Source of the DNA: Eledone cirrhosa
Taxonomy: Eukaryota
DNA length: 64,000 bases
Direction of reading: 5' to 3'
Assembly: GCA_964016885.1 (NCBI GenBank)
Contig: OZ024742.1
Location: 304,296,001 to 304,360,000 of the forward strand
The position numbers and the translations under genes were made by a program. Positions 56,700 to 64,000 of the stretch are shown one piece after another; the stretch's first letter is position 1; every line of letters starts with the position of its first letter. The notes under the pieces are model-generated. The model was not told the DNA's origin, made no database searches, and worked only from the letters and a program-made list of their open reading frames with translations.

Positions 56700-57953
56700 T
56701 TAAAACAACAGATTAAAGTTTAAGCAAAGAATCGCTGCTTTCACCCTTAACGGGATCTTCTGAAACTAACAAAGTCAATCTGAAAACGCAGAACTGGATA
56801 TTTCAAAAACCGTTGCAACCGGAGGAAGACAGGAAGACGATACTTTGGTTCGTGGTAACGTTCGCTGGCAAAGAACGGGAAAAAACGAATAATACGTCAT
56901 TAATAGGAGCGGTGAAAAACAATTACGCGCAAAGACAAAAGCACGTTTATGGTATAAAAGAGGTCGTAGACTAATGTTCTCTTAGGTGGTGCATAGAGAC
57001 GTTCTCTGGCAATGAACGAAAAAACGAAGATAATAAGTCATATGTGGATCGTGGAGAACAATAGCACGCAAAGACAAAACCACGTCAATGGTATAGCAGA
57101 AATCGTAGGCTAAACTTCTAACTAGGAGACCAAGTGAATCTCCGCTACAGAGTTAAGAACAAAGTAAATAAATACAATACAGAAGTAATAGAAACAAATA
57201 AATACATACACGCAAACAGATACGTACATACACAAGCATACGCAAAACCTTACCATGGGTATACAAAACCACGCACATATAAATATGTGTGTGTGTGTAT
57301 GCTTGTGTACAAATAAATAAATAATTATATAAACGTATATAAGTAAATAAATACGTATATAACAAGCGCACACGCATAACCTACATATAAATACACGAAT
57401 GTTCGGAGACGTAAGTCAACTAAAACAAGAAGTACACATATACACACACCCACCATACGTACGAACCTGCACACTCACGCGGACGCAAAACTCCCGTATA
57501 CACATAGCCAAACTCTAAATACCAGAATATGTAGAAATTATACGCTATAACAGTCAAAGATACGTACGAGAAGGTATACATACCTTCACAAAACATACGG
57601 GTAATATATACTTACCTATGCAAATAAGTAAAGGAATAAACAAAACATATACTTAGCTCCCACATCAAGACGTAAAATATCCACGTATAGATCGTGCTAT
57701 CCGTTAGGGTATAACGTAGGGCTGTAATACAGGAAAGTTTTGTGCAATTTTATGTTTACAAGCCGAAATTGCCTCAGATTTTTTGTTTAAGATGTGGTCT
57801 GTAGCGTAGAGTATTTCCAGGACCTCAGCGTCGCAGAGGTCACAGGGTCTTTTATTTCCGTTATACGATCTAGCCCTAGCTAGGATCTCCCAGTGTAACT
57901 TATATTGGGTGTGGTTGTCTTTTAGACTCCAGATATAAGCTGAAAGTGACGTC

Positions 57954-57955
<2 letters not shown>
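56700..57955 (-). mobile_element. PLE 3' fragment (Cys-rich EN tail plus 3' UTR with hammerhead-like motif)
   Basis: [43 protein letters not shown]. ~140-bp tandem duplication at 56860-57125. Hammerhead-like motif with a CAGAAGA core at 56717-56767. Confidence 0.75.
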
Positions 57956-58010
<55 letters not shown>

Positions 58011-58108
58011 TATACCCACATATATACATATATATATACATATATATATACACACATATATATATATATTCATACACACACATATATATATACATATATA
58101 TATATACT

Positions 58109-58146
<38 letters not shown>

Positions 58147-58416
58147 CATATATATATGTACACACACACGCATATATATACACACACATACACATATATA
58201 AACATATACACAAATATACACATAAACACATATATATATATGTACACACATAAACACATATATACACATATACATACATATATATATAGATATATAGATA
58301 TTTACATATACACACACATATATACACACATATACACATACATACATACACATATACATACATATATACACACATATATATACACATATATATATACATA
58401 TATATACACACACATG

Positions 58417-58473
<57 letters not shown>

Positions 58474-58603
58474 AAATATATATACATATATATATACATA
58501 TACACACATATACACACATATATATATATACACACATATATACATATATACACACACACAAACATATACATGCATACAAACATACATACACACACACATA
58601 TAT

Positions 58604-58648
<45 letters not shown>

Positions 58649-58693
58649 CACATACACACACACATATATATATATATACATATATATATACAT

Positions 58694-58740
<47 letters not shown>
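57955..58740. repeat. Compound (TA)n/(CA)n microsatellite
   Basis: Directly visible. Confidence 0.97.
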
Positions 58741-58744
<4 letters not shown>

Positions 58745-58958
58745 AAGGCGTGTGGCTGAGTGGTTAGAGAATTGGATTCGCAATCGTAAGGTGTGAGCTC
58801 GATTCCTGGACCAGGCGATGCGTTAGGTCCTTGAGCAAGACACTTTATTTAACGTTGCTCCTTCTACCTGGAGTTGCGACCGATAGATAGTATTAGCAAT
58901 TGGAAAGACCAACGGAAACATTGTTCCCTCGGTCCGATTTGACGAAAGTCGATCGTTC
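58745..58958 (+). mobile_element. tRNA-derived CORE-type SINE
   Basis: A-box TGGCTGAGTGG, B-box-like GCTCGATTCC, then CORE-like GTCCTTGAGCAAGACACTTTA. Confidence 0.7.
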
Positions 58959-59192
58959 TTATATATATATACACATATACATATATACACATACATATAT
59001 ATATATATATATATACATACACATATACACATATACATACATATATACACATATATACACTAATATATACTCATATATATACATATATATACATATATAT
59101 ACATATACATATATATATATACACATATACATACATATATATATACATACATATACATACAACAACATACACATACATATACACATATACAT

Positions 59193-59246
<54 letters not shown>

Positions 59247-59329
59247 GTACATATATATATATATGTATATACACACATATATATATACACACATACATAC
59301 ACATATATATATATACATATATATATATA

Positions 59330-62300
59330 TAGAAAGGATGAATATAAAATGAAAGTGCTTTTTTTAAAAAGGAATTTATTAGGTATTGACATATGTTTCT
59401 GTAACAGACGGAATACCTATGTATCGCTGCTTGCGTAATCATATAATGTTAGCAAGTATTCGATAGCAAATGTATAATCAGTTGTCACTTCTTCAGAGAT
59501 TTTGGATAAATTGGATAAAATCAGAAAAATTGAAGTATTTATATTAATAATAGAGGATGAAAAAGAGGGGATAGTATATGACAGATGGTAAATTAATTTA
59601 CTGCTAAACAAGTATATAATGGGTTTCTAATGAGAATACCATGAGTAAATCAAAATAAGAATTTTGGGAGTGCCAATTTTAATCTCTACTTGACCAATTG
59701 GACAGTGGACAGGGCTGGTCATTTGGTGCAGTAGTATTAATTATAAAGTGTCAATTGGGGAAGGGGGAGATTTCGATTGCTACTAAATAACATCAATGCT
59801 AGTAGCCAGCTGGTATATGCATTAGGGAATTGAATCAAGAAATCAGAAATCGCATTTTATCTATAGCAGTTTATATTAAAAGGTAAATGATAGAAGAGTT
59901 GATAGAATTAAGACTAATAAAGAATGTTAATATCTATTTTGACAATCAAACGGAGATAGAGACAGGCGTTCAATCCTGGTAGTATTTATAATATGAAAAT
60001 GTAGATTTTAAGCGATGGTTACAGTATAACGATCGCTCTTTTCTGTTATTCAATAAAATGTTTTTGGATTTCATAATACAAAATAATTCTACATTACATA
60101 ATTTACAAAATTCCTGTCCATGGGTATATGGGGGGGGGGGGGCAGCCGCTATTATATCCCATTTTAGGTGAAATTGTTGGTTATTTTCACGCAGCTGCCA
60201 AGCCTTGTCTGCGAGTGTTGTTACATAACGCTGGTTTTCATGTTTTATCGAGTAACGATGTCTATAAAGGCATGATTTGAAGGAGGTGGCTGTAGATCCC
60301 ACATAGTACCACTTCTGTCTATCCGATTCGATAGTACATTTGTATACGATGTTGCGTTCAAGACACTGATTGTTCAACGGACACATTCCTGGTTGGACAC
60401 AGTTGCAATTATAATTTTGCGTTGTTGTATTGCCGTGGATGGGTTGATGAGGTTGCTTATGTAGGACAGGATGTTGTTTGTTGTTTTGTGATGTTATAGC
60501 TAATGTTTTACGTGTATTGTTATGTGTTGGAAGGCGTTTATACAACCGTTTTGCGTTAAGCTTTTTTATATGTTGTTCAATATTAGGGGCGGTTGAATAT
60601 GAAAGTCGAATAGTGTTAGGGTTTAAGATGTTATTATATTTATGTGATGTTGTAAAGTGTTTTTTAACTAATCGAAAGAATTTTGAGGGTAGATTGGTTT
60701 TAATAGAGTTGTTATAGACCGGGTTGTACCAAATATACTCCTTACATCGCCTTCTGTTTGGTGGTGTGCGACTATTATTGTGTCTATTGCAGTAGTGTAT
60801 GTATGGTGGTGATTCTGTGCTATTTCTACTCCTATGGGATTTATTTTGGGTGTTTTGGTGATCTTCGACTATATACTCTATATTATCTAGGTAACCGGCT
60901 TTCCTAAGTGCATCATCATAATATTCGGCATGTTCTTTGAAGGTTTGTTGGTTGGACGACAGGCGGGAGATTCTAAGAGAAACATTTCTAGGGATGGATT
61001 TAATTATAGAGAGTGGATGGTTAGAACTCGTATTTACATATTTAAGGTTCTCATTTAGTTTATGGAACGGTTTAATCGTATCTGTATTGAGATTCAAAGT
61101 AACATCAAGGAAATTGACCTCTTTGAGGTTATATTCAAATGTAATATTTAATCCTAGTTCCTTAAAAACTTTTCTGATATTTTTACGCATCCTTTCTAAA
61201 TTCTGGTTATTCATATGCTTAACTAATAGGAGCGCATCGTCACGGTAGATTCCACCGTGGAGATCTTTGAATTTTCCTTGTAATCTGTGGGTGATATAAA
61301 TTCCCACAAGATCTGTTACTTCCGCCGAATCATTAGAACCCATAGTGATATCAAAATTAGAAGGTCTATCTTTGCGAACCCAGTAGCTATCATCGAATTT
61401 AACTATAGTTTTCCTCGCTTCCATAATAATTTTAATTTCAGCATCCGTAAGGTCGGAATTATCCTTAGCGAACGAAAGAGCTTCATGTAGAGTATCAGGT
61501 GAAATTGAGGAATAATATTCATCAATATCAAACTATGAATAAATTTTGATTTTTTCTTATCAGTAATGTTATTAAACCATCTTATTGCTTCATGAGTGTT
61601 ACCCCATAGTTTAATCTCTACTTTAACCTTAACTTGGGGGATAATTCTGTCTAGTATATATTTGCTAATTTTGCCTATATCAGATTTAGAGGGGCATATA
61701 AGTCTAATATTAGGGTTAGTATCGAAGTTTACCTTGTGGTCCTTCAGGTTGAAGGATGGTATAGCTGGTGTTAAGGGTTGCGTTCTATCGTCAATACAAA
61801 GTTTTTTAACAATTTCACATGCCGAGTTGTTGATGTTTTTAAGTGTAGCTTCATTAGTTTTCCTGTATTTTTTATGCAATTCCTTACGGATGAAGTTATT
61901 GTAAGTGTCCACATCCATGGTATATACGTTTGATGTTTTGTCTGCTCTAACAATAATTCCATTGGCGTTTTTTAGATTATTGAGCAGTGCCGTGATGTCA
62001 TTCTGTAGTTTATTGTTCTTCCGTTTTGTAAATTTGATCTCCATGATCATATCCATTAGGTCTTGTTCAAATGCATCCAAAAGTGGGTTTGAGGGTGGGT
62101 TCTTGTAAGATTTAAATCCAAATTTATCCTTGTTAAGATCCGATGTTTGGTTTATACGGCTTTTGTCAAAATGGAATGTTTTCCATTAGATTCGTCGAAT
62201 AAAATCATTGGTCCTTCGTATAATACCTAGAATATATTCCCTTTTTGCCTGAATAGGTATGTTTTTTAACGACATATCCAATTGGTGCCTTTCCATTTTA

Positions 62301-62330
62301 GAGGCGTATGCTGAATTAGTTGCTCAACTG
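59330..62330 (-). mobile_element. Near full-length Penelope-like element (single ORF 62296-59970, one stop and one frameshift)
   Basis: MERHQLDMSLKNIP..., ADKTSNVY, LKDHK, RLICPSKSDIGKISK, FDITMGSND, GGIYRDDAL, SNHP, WYNPVY, CNC..CPLNNQCL..IVYKC..YYVGST..CKLCNVE..LLNNRKE..CNH. Confidence 0.95.
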
Positions 62331-62989
62331 TATAGGAGATTAATAAAATTTCAGGTTATCAATAATGTAGTGATAATATATCGTTACGTTATATATATAT
62401 ATATATATACATATATATATACACACATATATACACACACACATATACACAACACCATATATACATACAAATAAATATAAATATACACACAAAGAGGAGA
62501 AGTGAACGCACCTACACACAGCGATATGCATTCTAACGAACGGCCACTCATACAAATACATACAAATAAGTACTTATACATATACGCATATACACAGGTA
62601 CATAAAAACAGCTCTACAAACAGAAAATGCAGATAGGTAAGAAGTAATCGCATAACCATAGTGGCCGCATTTCAGGTTGAGGAGGGGTGGGGTGGGGTGG
62701 GAAGGAGGTAGAGGGGGTTATTATACTTCCGTACTAAGAGGAAATGTGTGTGTATATGTAAGTAAAAGAGTGTGTGTGTATGTAAGTACGAAGCTATGAG
62801 CAAAAGTATGTTAATATAAGGATTTGTGAATGGAAAAGTGGAGTGAGCATATTTATTCGGTCGGTATTAGTTGTAATATTAGATGTTAATGATCAAGTGT
62901 GAACGAAAGCAATCTAGCGGTAAATGTACAAGCGCGTGTGATAATAGACAGTGTATTAAAGAAATTGAGGAGGTGAGTTGAGTCCAAGA

Positions 62990-64000
62990 GAGGAATAAGA
63001 CCCAATGTGGTGAATCCTGATGTGCGAGTCCTGTGATCCATGTTGTAAAAGGACAGACACTCAGGACTGAAACATGTAGGGAAAATGACCCGGAGAACAG
63101 AAATGACGGGCAACACGAGAACCAAACGAAGTCGTATGTCCCTCAAATGCTCAGCAAAACGGCCGCCATACGGCGTCGCGTTTGTCCGATGTATAAAGAC
63201 CCGCAAAGGGAACACCGGAGGGCATAGACAGCGTGGGTGGATGTGGAGGTGAAAGAGTGGCGGATACGGAAAGACCCGTTAGTGCCTGTAAGAGTGGTGA
63301 GGGTGGAAATGAAGGGACAAGTGTTGCAGCAGGAACGAGAACAAGCATGAGAGCCGGGTGGAGTCGTGGGAGAGAACGAGAAGGAATGCGAACCAGGAGG
63401 TCACCCAGGAATGGGTGGGCTTTGAAAAAAGCGAGGAGTGACGGGGTCAGAAGAGAGGATGAGGAAGGAACGGAGGATTGTCGCCAGAGTGGTAGGGTGA
63501 TGGGGTGGTAGGTGAGAGGGAAAGGAAGGCGGGTGTTGTGAGGGTGGGGGTGAGGTGAGAGGGCTGTGGTGCGGTCTGTTTCACGGGCGCGGGTGAGAGC
63601 AGCTTGGATCAGGGTGGGGGATATCGACGCTCGATGCAGCAGGAAGCCATGTGAAGGGAATGGGTTTCGAAATCGTCGTCCTGGCTACAGAGCCGACGAA
63701 GACGGTGGAATTGGGAATAGGCTATGGATGTGTTTGGTGTGGGTTGGATGGGAGGAGGTGAAGTCGAGATAAGATTGGGAGTCTGTTGGTTTAATGAAGA
63801 TGGAAGTAGAGAGAGTGTGGTATAGATAGAGAGATATCTAGAAAAGTGACAGAAGAATCGGAGACGGAGGCAGCGGTGAAAGTGAGAGCAGGATGGACAG
63901 ATAGGACAAAAGAAAGAAAACAGCCGAGCTATTCTCGTGATAGAGAGGTGGCACCGATACAGTCGTCGATATAACGATAATTCCCATCGCTACCCCGAAG
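62990..64000 (-). mobile_element. Neptune-like PLE, RT C-terminus and GIY-YIG (runs off the window end)
   Basis: Minus strand RYIDDCIG, VTFLDISL, KPTDSQSYLDFTSSHP, CSCCNTCPF, AVYALRCSLCGSLYIGQTRRR..FAEHLRDI. Confidence 0.88.

Overview
An AT-rich eukaryotic (animal) window packed with microsatellites. The SINE families and the (TA)n/(CA)n load suggest an octopus-like cephalopod genome (inference). No host gene could be identified with confidence, and most ORF-track entries are microsatellite read-throughs. The window is a stack of transposons: a degenerate Rep/Helicase Helitron (minus strand, ~1.7-7.9 kb) interrupted by a 3.4-kb Buster-type hAT element (8-bp TSD) and a SINE (15-bp TSD), a 340-bp non-autonomous Helitron, an RTE-like LINE fragment, several tRNA-derived SINEs, and at least 8 Penelope-like retroelement (PLE) copies or fragments with C-terminal GIY-YIG domains. 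Three signals stand out. (1) More than a dozen type I hammerhead ribozyme motifs, several fully canonical, mostly in short fold-back PLE-terminus cassettes embedded in (TA)n tracts. (2) A Neptune-like PLE with a separate upstream ORF (coiled-coil plus N/H/Y/Q-rich repeats) that overlaps the RT frame at a T-TTT-TTA heptamer, a gag-pol-like -1 frameshift arrangement. (3) That same PLE lies inside a ~1.9-kb inverted duplication. All folding, translation and alignment was done by eye, so coordinates of degenerate elements are approximate.
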